This document shows positions 11,767 through 23,357 of a stretch of 64,000 nucleotides of DNA, in pieces (the first letter of the stretch is position 1; each line of letters starts with the position of its first letter). The notes beneath the pieces were generated by a model. That model had not been told where the DNA came from. It saw only the letters and a program-made list of their open reading frames with translations, and did no database searches. The position numbers were made by a program, and so were the translations under genes. The stretch comes from Chloroflexota bacterium. GTDB lineage: Bacteria > Chloroflexota > Dehalococcoidia > UBA2979. The stretch is from positions 3,039 to 67,038 of the forward strand of contig VXOS01000142.1 in the NCBI GenBank assembly GCA_009839925.1. Direction: 5' to 3'.

Positions 11767-12903
11767 ATGGCGAGCACGGCGCCGCAGACGGCTGAGCGCA
11801 TGACCGAGGCCGCGACCGACTTCCTCGAGGCCCTCGACGAGGACCAGCGTGCGCTCGCGATGCTGCCCTTCGACGACGAGGCGGAGCGCCAGACCTGGCA
11901 CTACACGCCGATCGAGCGCTGCGGCCTCACGCTCAACGAGATGCGCCCGCAGCAGCGCCGCCTGGCGATGCGGCTGATGGGCTCCGGCCTGAGCATGGGC
12001 GGCTTCGTCACCGCCAGCACGATCATCGGCCTCGAGGCCACCCTCGAGGGCCTCGACGGCTGGCCGGCGCGGGCCTACGCGGAGACGCGGCCGAACGTGC
12101 CGTTCCGCGATCCCGGCATGTACTACGCCGCCGTCTTCGGCGAGCCCGGTGGCGAGGCGCCGTGGGGCTGGCGGATCGGCGGCCACCACGTCGCGCTGCA
12201 GTACACGATCGCCGGCGGCCGGATCGTCAGCCCGACGCCGACCTTCTTCGGCGCCCACCCCGCAGAGGCGCGGCAGGTCGGCGCGCACTCGCTGCGCCCC
12301 CTCGCCGCCGAGGAGGACCTCGCGCGCGAGCTGCTGCACGCCCTCGACGAGGAGCAGCGCGCGAGCGCCGTGATCTCGCCCGCCGCGCCCACCGACATCG
12401 TGCAATCGAACCGCCCTCGCGTGCTCGACGGCGCCTACAACATCCCGCTCGCCGAGCTGATGGACCGCCAGGAGCCGGCGCGCACCGAGGCCTACGAGCG
12501 CGAGGCGCGGCAACGGGCCGCGCTCGGCCTCACCGACGAGCTGATCGAGGTGCTGCGCTACTCCTCGACGGACCCGCGCGGCCTCGTCGCGACCGCGATG
12601 AACGGCTCGCAGCGCGAGCTGCTGACCGCGCTCGTGCGCCAGTACGTCGACCGCATGCCCGAGGAGATCGCCGAGCTGGAGTGGGGCAAGATCGACGGGC
12701 CGACCTTCGACGCGATCCACTTCGCCTGGGCAGGTCCCGGTGACCCGCACAAGCCGCACTACTACCGGCTGCAGGCGCCGCGCTTCCTGATCGAGTTCGA
12801 CAACGTGCAGAGCGACGTGAACCACATCCACTCGGTCTGGCGCGACCCGGAGGGCGACTTCGGCGCGGACATCCTCGCGCAGCACTACGCGCACGCGCAC
12901 TAG
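11767..12903 (+). CDS. DUF3500 family protein
   Basis: 378 aa from MASTAPQT. The conserved WxWRIGGHHVALQYT block is typical of DUF3500. Upstream track extension (11017..) overlaps the lipoprotein gene and is an artefact. Confidence 0.7.
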   Translation: MASTAPQTAERMTEAATDFLEALDEDQRALAMLPFDDEAERQTWHYTPIERCGLTLNEMRPQQRRLAMRLMGSGLSMGGFVTASTIIGLEATLEGLDGWPARAYAETRPNVPFRDPGMYYAAVFGEPGGEAPWGWRIGGHHVALQYTIAGGRIVSPTPTFFGAHPAEARQVGAHSLRPLAAEEDLARELLHALDEEQRASAVISPAAPTDIVQSNRPRVLDGAYNIPLAELMDRQEPARTEAYEREARQRAALGLTDELIEVLRYSSTDPRGLVATAMNGSQRELLTALVRQYVDRMPEEIAELEWGKIDGPTFDAIHFAWAGPGDPHKPHYYRLQAPRFLIEFDNVQSDVNHIHSVWRDPEGDFGADILAQHYAHAH

Positions 12904-12911
12904 CCCGGCCC

Positions 12912-13526
12912 GTGAGCGCTCCGGACGACTCCGCCCGCGTCGAGGAGATCGCCGCCGCGATCCAGGCGGGCGAGGTCGTCGCGATCCCGACGGACACCGT
13001 CTACGGCCTCGCCGCGCTGCCCGACGACGAGGCGGCCCTGCGCGCGCTCGCGGAGCTGAAGGGGCGGCCGGAGGGCCAGCCGTTCGCCGTGCTGTTCGAC
13101 AACTTCGAGGCGATCCGCGCCTCGGTCGAGGAGCCGGACGCCCTCGACGCGCTCGATCCCTTCTGGCCGGGGCCGCTCACGGCGGTGGTGCGGGCGGCGC
13201 GCTCGTCGCCCCACGCCTTCGTCGAGCCCGCCGTCACGCCCGAGGGCACGATCGGGCTGCGCATGCCGGACGACGCGATCGCGCTCGCCGTGATCCGCGC
13301 CTGCGGCGGCGCGCTCGCCGTGACGAGCGCGAACCTCAGCGGCGAGCCGCCCGCCGAGAGCGCCGCCGAGGCCGCCGCGATGTTCGGCGACGCGCTCCCC
13401 ATCCTCGACGGCGGCCCGCGCCGCCGCCCGCCCTCGACGGTCATCGACCTGACGGCACGCCCGCCCGCCGTGCTGCGCGAGGGCCCGATCGACCCCGCGG
13501 CGCTGCTCGCCGCGCTGGAGGGGTAG
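12912..13526 (+). CDS. L-threonylcarbamoyladenylate synthase (TsaC/YrdC/Sua5 family)
   Basis: 204 aa. VVAIPTDTVYGLAA and AVTSANLSGEPP motifs. Confidence 0.85.
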   Translation: MSAPDDSARVEEIAAAIQAGEVVAIPTDTVYGLAALPDDEAALRALAELKGRPEGQPFAVLFDNFEAIRASVEEPDALDALDPFWPGPLTAVVRAARSSPHAFVEPAVTPEGTIGLRMPDDAIALAVIRACGGALAVTSANLSGEPPAESAAEAAAMFGDALPILDGGPRRRPPSTVIDLTARPPAVLREGPIDPAALLAALEG

Positions 13527-13530
13527 GCGC

Positions 13531-15231
<1,701 letters not shown>

Positions 15232-15277
15232 CCCTGCGGCCGCCCGGCCAACCGCGCTGCGGTACGCTCTCAGCACT

Positions 15278-17680
15278 GTGATTGGCCTCGAGGATCTGCG
15301 CTTGCTTCCGCAGCTCGCCGCCGGGGCGGCGCGTGCCCTCGCCGTCGCGAGCGGCGGGCGGGCGCATCCGCGCGTCGACGGCCGCGCCGAGGCGGGCGGA
15401 CTGCGCGAGCCGGTCAGCATCGTGCGCGACCGCTTCGGCGTCCCGCACGTCTACGCGAGCACGATGGCGGGCGCGATCTACGGGCAGGGCTTCGTGCACG
15501 CCCAGGACCGCCTCTTCCAGATCGACATCCAGCGGCGGCTTGCCTCGGGACGGCTCGCCGAGGCCGCCGGAGAGCGCGGGGTGGAGACCGACCGGCTGAT
15601 GCGGCGACTCGGCTTCGCCGACCGGGCCGCGCGCGACCTCGCGACGATCAGCGCCGAGGATCGGGAGCTGCTTCGCGCGTACTCGGCGGGGGTCAACGCC
15701 GGGATGCGCAGTCTGCGGGCGCTGCCGCCGGAGTACGCGCTGCTGCAGAGCCGGCCGGAGCCGTGGCATCCGGAGCACTCGCTGCTGCTCGGACGCTTCC
15801 TGATGTTCAGCTTCGCCCCGAACTGGGACACCGAGCTGCAGAGAATGCAGCTGCTCGAGGCGATCGGCCCCGATCGCACCGCCTTCGTTGACGTCGCCTA
15901 CCCCGAGGACGCGCCCACTGCGACAGGCGAACCGTACCCCGATGCGGCGCGGCGGCTGCTCGAGGCGTACGGGCGAGCGATCGAGGCGGGCGCGCCGGCG
16001 GGCGGCGCTTCGAATGCCTGGGCGCTGACGGGCCAGCACACGGCCACGGGCGCCCCGCTGCTCGCCTGCGACCCGCACCTGCGGCCGGCCATTCCCACGC
16101 TCTTCCACGTCGCGCAGGTCTCGGGCGGCGAGCTCGACGTGATCGGTGCGGGCGTGCCCGGCCTGCCGGGCGTGATCGCCGGGCACAACCGCGACATCGC
16201 CTGGGGCCTCACCGCCGGCATGGCCGACGTCAGCGACTGCTACCTCACGACCATCGACCCGGACGACCCCGGCCGCTACCGCACGCCCGAGGGCTGGGCG
16301 CGCGGCCGCGTGCGCATCGAGCGCATCGCCGTGCGCGAGGGCAAAACCGTCGAGGAGCGTGTGCTGGAGACCCGCCACGGCCCGGTGATCGGTCCGGCGC
16401 CCGGCGGCGATCGCGCGATCGCGCTGCGCTCGACGGCCCTCGACAGCGGCGAGACGGTGGGACCGCTGCTCGGCCTGGCGCTCGCCCGGACGGTCGAGGA
16501 GTTCGACGCGGCGCTGACGCTCTGGCCGGGCGCTACCTTCAACTTTGTCTTCGCCTCGCGCGAGGGCGGGGGCGAGGGCCGGGTCGGGTACCGCCTCGCC
16601 GGCGCGGTCCCGGCGCGCGCACGCGGCGAGGGGTTGCTCCCCGCCGACGGCGACGCCTCGGACGATCCGCCCCCGCCGATCCCCGGCGCCGAGCTGCCGG
16701 GCCTGCTCGACCCGCCGGCCGGCGTCGTCGTCTCGGCGAACCAGCACCCGGGCGGCGCGCTGGAGCTGGGCGACGAGTTCACGGAGGCCTGGCGTGCGCT
16801 ACGCATCGCGGAGCTGCTGGCGGCGGACGGCCGACACACGGTGGCCTCAATGCGGGCGATCCAGAACGACCTGCACAGCAAGCCGCTGTGCCGCCTCCGC
16901 GACCTCTCTGTCGCCCTCGGGGTGATCGCAGATGGAGACGCCGCGCGTGTTGTGGCGGTCTGGGACGGGCAGGTCCGCGCGGAGAGCGCCGGCGCCGCGC
17001 TGCTGGAGACGGCGTACCAGCAGATCCTGCGACGGCTCGTGCGGCGCGTTGCCGGCCCCAGCGCCTCGCTCGTGCTCGGCGAGCGCGTGGAGGGCCCGGC
17101 CGGGGTCTTCACCCCGGAAAGCCGTTTCCACTACCGCCTGCAGGGTCCGCTGATCGAGGCCTGCGAGCGGTCGGCCTCGCCCTGGTTCGACGGCGAGGCG
17201 GATCGCGACCGCCTGCTGCGCGCCGCCTGGTGGAGCGCCCTCGAGGATCTGCGCGAGCGGCTTGGGCCCGACCCCGACGGCTGGAGCTGGGGCGCCGTGC
17301 ACCGCCAGCTGCTGGAGCACACGCTGGCGGCGATTCCGGTCGTCGGCCGTGCCTTCTCGCGCGGTCCCTACCCCGCGGGTGGCGACGTGAACACTGTCTG
17401 GCAAGGCGCATACGCAGCGACGCGCGACGGGCCGTCGCTCGCCGGCTTCAGCCCCGGCTACCGCCAGGTGCTGGACCTCGGGCGCTGGGATCGCTCCACC
17501 TTCCAACTGCCGACGGGCGTCTCGGGCATCCCCGGCCACCCCCGCTACGACGACTCGATCGAGGAGTTCCGCGCCGGGCGCCAGCGCCCGCTGCTGTACT
17601 CTCGCGAGGCCGTCGAGGCACACGCGGAGCACCGGCTGCTGCTCCAGCCTGCGGCGACGGAGGAAGAGGCGGAGCGATGA
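15278..17680 (+). CDS. Penicillin acylase family Ntn-hydrolase (penicillin amidase / AHL acylase-like)
   Basis: 800 aa. GVPHVYA and the beta-subunit N-terminal nucleophile GGASNAWAL. Confidence 0.85.
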   Translation: MIGLEDLRLLPQLAAGAARALAVASGGRAHPRVDGRAEAGGLREPVSIVRDRFGVPHVYASTMAGAIYGQGFVHAQDRLFQIDIQRRLASGRLAEAAGERGVETDRLMRRLGFADRAARDLATISAEDRELLRAYSAGVNAGMRSLRALPPEYALLQSRPEPWHPEHSLLLGRFLMFSFAPNWDTELQRMQLLEAIGPDRTAFVDVAYPEDAPTATGEPYPDAARRLLEAYGRAIEAGAPAGGASNAWALTGQHTATGAPLLACDPHLRPAIPTLFHVAQVSGGELDVIGAGVPGLPGVIAGHNRDIAWGLTAGMADVSDCYLTTIDPDDPGRYRTPEGWARGRVRIERIAVREGKTVEERVLETRHGPVIGPAPGGDRAIALRSTALDSGETVGPLLGLALARTVEEFDAALTLWPGATFNFVFASREGGGEGRVGYRLAGAVPARARGEGLLPADGDASDDPPPPIPGAELPGLLDPPAGVVVSANQHPGGALELGDEFTEAWRALRIAELLAADGRHTVASMRAIQNDLHSKPLCRLRDLSVALGVIADGDAARVVAVWDGQVRAESAGAALLETAYQQILRRLVRRVAGPSASLVLGERVEGPAGVFTPESRFHYRLQGPLIEACERSASPWFDGEADRDRLLRAAWWSALEDLRERLGPDPDGWSWGAVHRQLLEHTLAAIPVVGRAFSRGPYPAGGDVNTVWQGAYAATRDGPSLAGFSPGYRQVLDLGRWDRSTFQLPTGVSGIPGHPRYDDSIEEFRAGRQRPLLYSREAVEAHAEHRLLLQPAATEEEAER

Positions 17681-18693
17681 CGGCCCTCGACGACCGGCTG
17701 GCGATCTACCGTCCGCACATCGTCCGCGAGATGCGCGAGATCGTCGGCGAGGACCGCGCCCGGCTCTATTCGTGGATGCGCTACCACCTCGGCTGGGAGG
17801 ATCCTGAGGGCAACCCCGCCGAGACCTCGCCGGGCAAGCTGCTGCGCCCCGCCTCGCTGCTGCTCGCCGCCGAGGCGCTTGGCGGCAAGCTCGATCAGGC
17901 CCTCCCGGCGGCGGCCGCCGTGCAGCTCGTCCATGACTTCTCGCTGCTGCACGACGACATCGAGGACGAGAGCGAGACCCGCCGCGGCCGCGCGACGCTC
18001 TGGACGATCACCGGCATCGCGCAGGCGATCAACAGCGGCGACGGCATGTACACGCTGTCCCGCATCGCGCTGCTGCGTCTGCGTGACCGCGGCGTCGACG
18101 CGCAGCGCACGCTTGACGTGATCAGCGAACTCGAACAGGCCTGCCTGCGGCTGATCGAGGGCCAGCAACTCGACATCTCCTTCGAGGATCGCAGCTCCGT
18201 CACCCGCGACGAGTACCTCGCGATGATCGAGGGCAAGACGGCGGCCCTGCTCGCGGCCTGCTTCGCGATCGGGGCGCGCGTCGCCGGCGCGCCGGAGCAG
18301 TCCGTGGACGCGATGCGCGAGTTCGGTCGCCGCTGCGGGCTCGCCTTCCAGGCGGCCGACGACCTGCTCGGCATCTGGGGCGACCCCGCGGTCACCGGCA
18401 AGCCCGTGGGCGACGACCTGATCTCGCGCAAGCAGACCTACCCCGTGATTGCCGCCATCGAGAGCGGCGAGGCGCCCGCGCTCCAGGCGGCCTACCGCGA
18501 GCGCGCGGGGGCGTCGATCGATATCGCCGCACTCGCCGCGGAGATCGAGGCGGCGGGCGCCCGCGCCGCCACCGAGGAACTCGCCGCCGAGCAGGTCGAG
18601 GCGGCGCTGGCCGCCCTCGCGTTACTCTCGCTCGGAGACGATCGCACGCTGTTCGGTGACCTGGCGGAGCTGCTTGCCGCGCGGGACGCGTAG
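17677..18693 (+). CDS. Polyprenyl diphosphate synthase (trans-isoprenyl diphosphate synthase)
   Basis: 339 aa from MTALDDRLAIY. First DDxxD VHDFSLLHDDIED and second DDxxD FQAADDLLG. Start ATG overlaps the acylase stop (ATGA). Confidence 0.85.
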   Translation: MTALDDRLAIYRPHIVREMREIVGEDRARLYSWMRYHLGWEDPEGNPAETSPGKLLRPASLLLAAEALGGKLDQALPAAAAVQLVHDFSLLHDDIEDESETRRGRATLWTITGIAQAINSGDGMYTLSRIALLRLRDRGVDAQRTLDVISELEQACLRLIEGQQLDISFEDRSSVTRDEYLAMIEGKTAALLAACFAIGARVAGAPEQSVDAMREFGRRCGLAFQAADDLLGIWGDPAVTGKPVGDDLISRKQTYPVIAAIESGEAPALQAAYRERAGASIDIAALAAEIEAAGARAATEELAAEQVEAALAALALLSLGDDRTLFGDLAELLAARDA

Positions 18694-18702
18694 CGGGAGC
18701 GA

Positions 18703-19938
18703 TTGCCCGCCCCGGACGCCGCACCTATCATCCCGGCCGTGAGCCCGGCACACTCAAAGCGCACCATCCGCGACATCGACCTCCAGGGGCGCCGGGTCTT
18801 CCTCCGCGTCGACTACAACGTCCAGCTCGACGAGCACGGCTTCGTCTTCGACGACCTGCGCCTACGCGAATCGCTCCCGACGATCGAGTACCTGCGCGAG
18901 GCCGGCGCTCGCATCGTGATCTGCTCGCATCGTGGTCGCCCGCGCGGGGAGGTGGTCGAGACGCTGCGGAACGCTCCGGTCGCCCGACACCTCGGCAGCC
19001 TGCTCGGCGCTCCCGTCGCCTCAACGGAGGACTGCATCGGACTCGAGGCCTATGCAGCGGTCGAGGCGCTTAAGCCGGGTGACGTGCTGCTGCTGGAGAA
19101 CGTGCGCTTCCACCCCGGTGAAGAGGCGAACGATCCGGAGTTCGCCTGGCAGCTTGCCTCCCTCGCCGACGTCTACGTTGGCGACGCGTTCGGCACGGCG
19201 CACCGCGCGCACGCCTCGATCGTCGGCGTGCCGGAGTATCTGCCTGCCGTCGCCGGACTGCTGATGGACCGCGAGATCGACTACCTCCGGAGGCTCTCGG
19301 ACAACCCCGAGCACCCCTTTGCGCTGGTGCTCGGTGGCGCGAAGGTCGCCGACAAGATCGGCATCCTCAATCACCTGTGCGGCGAATCGAACGTGATCTG
19401 CGTCGGCGGCGGGGTGGCGAATACCTTCCTCAGCACGCAGGGCATCGACATCGCCGACTCGTTGTGGGACGCCGAGGGCGTCCCGGACGCCAGGCACGTG
19501 TTCGAGCAGGTGGAGGCGCGGCCCGATTTGCGGCTCTACCTGCCGGTAGACGCGATCGTCGGCTTCGGCGCCGCCGACCGCGATCACGTGCGCCGTGCGC
19601 CGGTCGACCACGTGCCCTCGGGCTGGCGCATCCTCGACATCGGCCCGGCGACGATCGAGCTGTTCCGCAGCGCGCTCGAGCCGATGCGCACGGTCGTCTG
19701 GAACGGGCCGCTCGGCTGGTTCGAGCGCGAGCCGTTCGACCACGGCTCGCTGGCGATGGCGGAGATGCTGGCCGACCTCGACGGCACCGTGGTGGTCGGC
19801 GGTGGCGAGACCGCGGCCGTGGTTCAGCGGGCGGGGGTGGCCGACCGCATCAACCACGTCTCGACGGGCGGGGCGGCCTCGCTGGCGATGTTGCAGGGGA
19901 AGCCACTGCCGGGCGAGGCGGCGCTCGACGACGCCTGA
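18703..19938 (+). CDS. pgk: Phosphoglycerate kinase
   Basis: 411 aa. KRTIRDIDLQGRRVFLRVDYNV, GGAKVADKI and GGGETAA. True start may be the downstream GTG (VSPAHSK). Confidence 0.9.
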   Translation: MPAPDAAPIIPAVSPAHSKRTIRDIDLQGRRVFLRVDYNVQLDEHGFVFDDLRLRESLPTIEYLREAGARIVICSHRGRPRGEVVETLRNAPVARHLGSLLGAPVASTEDCIGLEAYAAVEALKPGDVLLLENVRFHPGEEANDPEFAWQLASLADVYVGDAFGTAHRAHASIVGVPEYLPAVAGLLMDREIDYLRRLSDNPEHPFALVLGGAKVADKIGILNHLCGESNVICVGGGVANTFLSTQGIDIADSLWDAEGVPDARHVFEQVEARPDLRLYLPVDAIVGFGAADRDHVRRAPVDHVPSGWRILDIGPATIELFRSALEPMRTVVWNGPLGWFEREPFDHGSLAMAEMLADLDGTVVVGGGETAAVVQRAGVADRINHVSTGGAASLAMLQGKPLPGEAALDDA

Positions 19939-19959
19939 GTTCGTCGCGCGAGTTGCGGC

Positions 19960-20382
19960 TCAGGCCGCGGGCGACAACGCGACGAGCGGGATCCGCCGGG
20001 ACGTTTTCTCCTGGTAAGCCCCGTATGAGGAGTACAGCGCGAGCAGGCGTTGCCAGGCCGCTTCCCGCTCCTCGCCCTCCAGTTCGGACGCGACCATCAC
20101 CTCGGCGCCCCGCTTCGCCGACCAGATCCGGCAGCGCGGGTTCGCGAGCAGGTTCTTCCACCACTGCGGATGCTCGGAGTGTCCCCCGTACGACGCGACC
20201 ACGACGACTCGCGGCCCATCGTCGAGGTAGAGCAGCAGTACCGAGCGCTCCCGGCCCGATGTGCGCCCCATCGTCCAGAGCCGCAGCGTCGGCGGCCCCT
20301 GCCAGCGCCCGCGCATCAGCGTGAAGAGCGGCTGCTGGATCCGGGTCAGCACCCTGATCAATCGTGGTCCCATACCCCGCAT
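19960..20382 (-). CDS. Deazaflavin (F420)-dependent nitroreductase-family protein
   Basis: EHPQWWKNLLANP and the hydrophobic core match the DUF385/F420H2-dependent reductase family. Start chosen at the internal Met. Confidence 0.6.
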   Translation of the reverse strand: MRGMGPRLIRVLTRIQQPLFTLMRGRWQGPPTLRLWTMGRTSGRERSVLLLYLDDGPRVVVVASYGGHSEHPQWWKNLLANPRCRIWSAKRGAEVMVASELEGEEREAAWQRLLALYSSYGAYQEKTSRRIPLVALSPAA

Positions 20383-20525
20383 CGTACACGTGCCGGCGGG
20401 TCTCCCCATCTTGCGATGATCAGGTCATACAGGTCATACTGGTCAGACAGCACAGAATCCAGCCGGCGACCAGGGCCCCGCTCGCGCAGGCCCGGCAGCC
20501 CTCGAGTTGGTGAGGGGGTGAGGCA

Positions 20526-20888
20526 GTGACGGAAACACCGGCAGGCTACGGTGAGAACGAAGAGCTCGGCCCGCGGCACATCGGCGTCGCCGAGGCGAAG
20601 GCGACCTTCTCGGCGATGATCGAGGGCGTCCAGCATCGCTCGGAGCGCTACGTCATCGAGCGCCACGGCAAGCCCGCCGCCGCCCTCGTCAGTCTCGAGG
20701 AACTCGAGCGCCTCGAAGCCGACCAGGCTGCACCGGCAGGGCACACTGGAGGAGCAGGGCTGATCGGTCTATTCAAGGGCTTGCTCACCAACGAGGAGAT
20801 CGATGAGATGGTCGACCACATCTACGCCGCTCGTGATCGCGATCGCTACTCGCCTGCGCGCGTGGACTTCAGCGACGTCGTCGACTGA
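20526..20888 (+). CDS. Phd/YefM-family antitoxin
   Basis: 120 aa. The IGVAEAKATFSAMIEGVQH...RYVIERHGKPAAALVS block is the Phd/YefM N-terminal fold. Confidence 0.7.
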   Translation: MTETPAGYGENEELGPRHIGVAEAKATFSAMIEGVQHRSERYVIERHGKPAAALVSLEELERLEADQAAPAGHTGGAGLIGLFKGLLTNEEIDEMVDHIYAARDRDRYSPARVDFSDVVD

Positions 20889-21295
20889 TGTACCTCCTGG
20901 ACACCGACACGATCAGTGCCCTGACCAAGCCCGCGCCTTCCTCGACGCTGCTCCTGCGAATCGCGATGACGGCTCCGCAGGACCGTGCGACCTCGACCGT
21001 CACGCTCGGTGAGTTGTTGTTCGGTGCGCATCGGGCCGGGTCGCGGTCGGCGGAGTTGCTTGAACTCACCCGCCGAACGGTACCCGGCGAGATTCCCCTG
21101 TTGCCTTTCGATCAGGCTGCCGCGGAAGAGTACGGGTGGCTGCGCGGCTACCTGGAGGAGCGAGGGACGCCGATCGGCCATGAAGACACGCAGATCGCGG
21201 CGATCGCGCTCGCGAACGACCTCACCGTCGTCACCGGCAACACCCGCCACTTCGAGCGCGTCCCCGGCCTCAACGTCGAGAACTGGCTCGAGTAG
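20888..21295 (+). CDS. vapC: PIN-domain toxin VapC
   Basis: 135 aa. MYLLDTDT start, IAAIALANDLTVVTGNTRHF C-terminal PIN motif. ATG overlaps the antitoxin stop. Confidence 0.8.
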   Translation: MYLLDTDTISALTKPAPSSTLLLRIAMTAPQDRATSTVTLGELLFGAHRAGSRSAELLELTRRTVPGEIPLLPFDQAAAEEYGWLRGYLEERGTPIGHEDTQIAAIALANDLTVVTGNTRHFERVPGLNVENWLE

Positions 21296-21362
21296 CCCCG
21301 TCACGCCCGCACGCTTCGAGGCGCAACGCGCGCGATAGCGGCGCGCCCGATAGCATGTAGCC

Positions 21363-22574
21363 ATGGACCCCGATCTGATCCGCCGGCTGTCGATACCGGG
21401 TGAGAGCAAGGTGCTGCTCTGTGTCCTCGACGGCCTCGGTGGGCTGCCGGGGCCACTCGGCCGCAGCGAGCTGGAGTCGGCGGATTGCCGCCACCTCGAC
21501 CGCCTCGCCACGGACGGCGCGCTCGGCCAGACGATCCCCGTCGGCCACGGCATCACCCCCGGCTCCGGCCCCGGCCACTTCGCGCTCTTCGGCTACGACC
21601 CGCTCGTCTACGAGGTCGGGCGCGGCGTCCTCGAGGGCACTGGCATCGACATCGAACTGCAGCCCTCGGATCTCGCAGCGCGCGGCAACCTCTGCACCGT
21701 CGACGCCGACGGCCGGATCAGCGACCGCCGCGCCGGCCGCGTGGCCACCGAGGTGACTGCGGAGCTCGCGGCGGAGCTCTCGACCATCGAGTTGCCGGGC
21801 TGCGAGGTCGTCGTCCACGCGGTGCGCGAGCACCGCTTCGTGCTCGTGCTGCGCGCCACGGAAGGCAGCCTGCCGCTGAGCGACGCGATCAGCGAGACCG
21901 ACCCGCAGGCCGAGGGCGTCCCGCCGCTCGACGCCGTCGCCACCGGCCCCGAGGGCGAGCACACCGCCGCGCTCGTCAACCAGTTCGCGCGGGAGGCGCG
22001 GGCGCGCCTCGCGGGCCGCGAAACGGCGAACGCCGTGCTGCTGCGCGGCTGGTCGACGCTGCCCGATCTGCCACAGCTGCCAGAGCTGTGGAAGCTCCGC
22101 GCCGCCGCGATTGCCGTCTACCCGATGTACCGAGGGCTCGCGCGGCTGGTCGGCATGGACGTGCTCGACGCGGGCGAATCGTTCGAGACGGCGGTCGCGA
22201 GGGTGCGCGCTGCCTGGGACGACTACGACTTCTTCTTCCTGCACTACAAGCCGACCGACGCCGCCGGCGAGGACGGCGACTTCGCGCGCAAGCGGCAGGC
22301 GCTGCGCGACTTCGACGCCTGCGTGCCGGAGCTGCTGGCCCTCAACCCCAACGTGCTGATCGTCGCCGGGGACCACTCGACCCCGGCGATGATGGCGGCG
22401 CACTCCTGGCACCCGGTCCCGCTGCTGCTCTGGGGCGACAACGTGCGCACGGACGCCTCGCACCACTTCGACGAGGGCGAGTGCTCGGTCGGGGGCCTCG
22501 GCACGATACCGGCGAAGGAGTTGCTGCCGCTCGCCTTTGCCCACGCCATGCGCCTCGCCAAGTTCGGCGCCTGA
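21363..22574 (+). CDS. apgM: 2,3-bisphosphoglycerate-independent phosphoglycerate mutase, archaeal-type (ApgM)
   Basis: 403 aa. VLLCVLDGLGG and GDHSTPA motifs of the ApgM cofactor-independent mutase family. Confidence 0.8.
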   Translation: MDPDLIRRLSIPGESKVLLCVLDGLGGLPGPLGRSELESADCRHLDRLATDGALGQTIPVGHGITPGSGPGHFALFGYDPLVYEVGRGVLEGTGIDIELQPSDLAARGNLCTVDADGRISDRRAGRVATEVTAELAAELSTIELPGCEVVVHAVREHRFVLVLRATEGSLPLSDAISETDPQAEGVPPLDAVATGPEGEHTAALVNQFAREARARLAGRETANAVLLRGWSTLPDLPQLPELWKLRAAAIAVYPMYRGLARLVGMDVLDAGESFETAVARVRAAWDDYDFFFLHYKPTDAAGEDGDFARKRQALRDFDACVPELLALNPNVLIVAGDHSTPAMMAAHSWHPVPLLLWGDNVRTDASHHFDEGECSVGGLGTIPAKELLPLAFAHAMRLAKFGA

Positions 22575-22585
22575 GAGGAGCGGCC

Positions 22586-23353
22586 GTGGCTACGCGAACG
22601 CCGATCGTCGGCGGCAACTGGAAGATGCACCTCGACCGCGCCGGCGCCCGCGACCTCCTGCGCGAGCTGCGCGGGCAACTCGACGGCCTCGCGGGCGTCG
22701 AGGTCGTGATCTTCCCGCCCGCTGCGTGGCTTGGCGATGCTGCCGACGCGCTCGAGGGCAGCACGCTGCGGGTGGGCGCGCAGAACGCCTACTGGCTGCC
22801 GCACGGCGCGTACACCGGCGAGGTCGGTGCGGCGATGCTCGTCGGCACCGCCGACTACGTGCTCGTCGGCCACTCCGAGCGCCGCCACGTCTTCGGCGAG
22901 AGCGACGAGGACACGGCCCGCAAGCTCGACGCCGTCCTCGGGCTGGCGTTGCAGCCGATCCTCGCGGTCGGCGAGCAGCAGGAGGAGCGCGAGGGCGGGC
23001 GCACCGCCGAGGTGCTGCGCCGCCAGCTTGACGCCGCCTTCGCAGACATCGACCGGCTGCCGGAGGGCTTCACGATCGCCTACGAGCCGGTCTGGGCGAT
23101 TGGCACCGGGTTGACCGCGACGCCCGAGATCGCGCAGGCCACCGTCGCCGAGATCCGGCGCATGGTCGCCGACCGCTTCGGCGCCGCGAGCGCCGAGGCC
23201 TGCCGCATCCAGTACGGCGGCTCGGTCAACGCCGGCAACGTCGCCGACCTCGCGAGCCAGCCGGACATCGACGGCGCGCTCGTCGGCGGCGCCTCGCTCG
23301 ACGCCGAGGCGTTCGCGACGATCTGCCGCGCCGTCGCGGCTGCCGCGGAGTAG
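22586..23353 (+). CDS. tpiA: Triosephosphate isomerase
   Basis: GTG start after a GAGGAG RBS. IVGGNWKMH, VGHSERR, AYEPVWAIGTG and YGGSV motifs. Confidence 0.9.
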   Translation: MATRTPIVGGNWKMHLDRAGARDLLRELRGQLDGLAGVEVVIFPPAAWLGDAADALEGSTLRVGAQNAYWLPHGAYTGEVGAAMLVGTADYVLVGHSERRHVFGESDEDTARKLDAVLGLALQPILAVGEQQEEREGGRTAEVLRRQLDAAFADIDRLPEGFTIAYEPVWAIGTGLTATPEIAQATVAEIRRMVADRFGAASAEACRIQYGGSVNAGNVADLASQPDIDGALVGGASLDAEAFATICRAVAAAAE

Positions 23354-23357
23354 CCCG

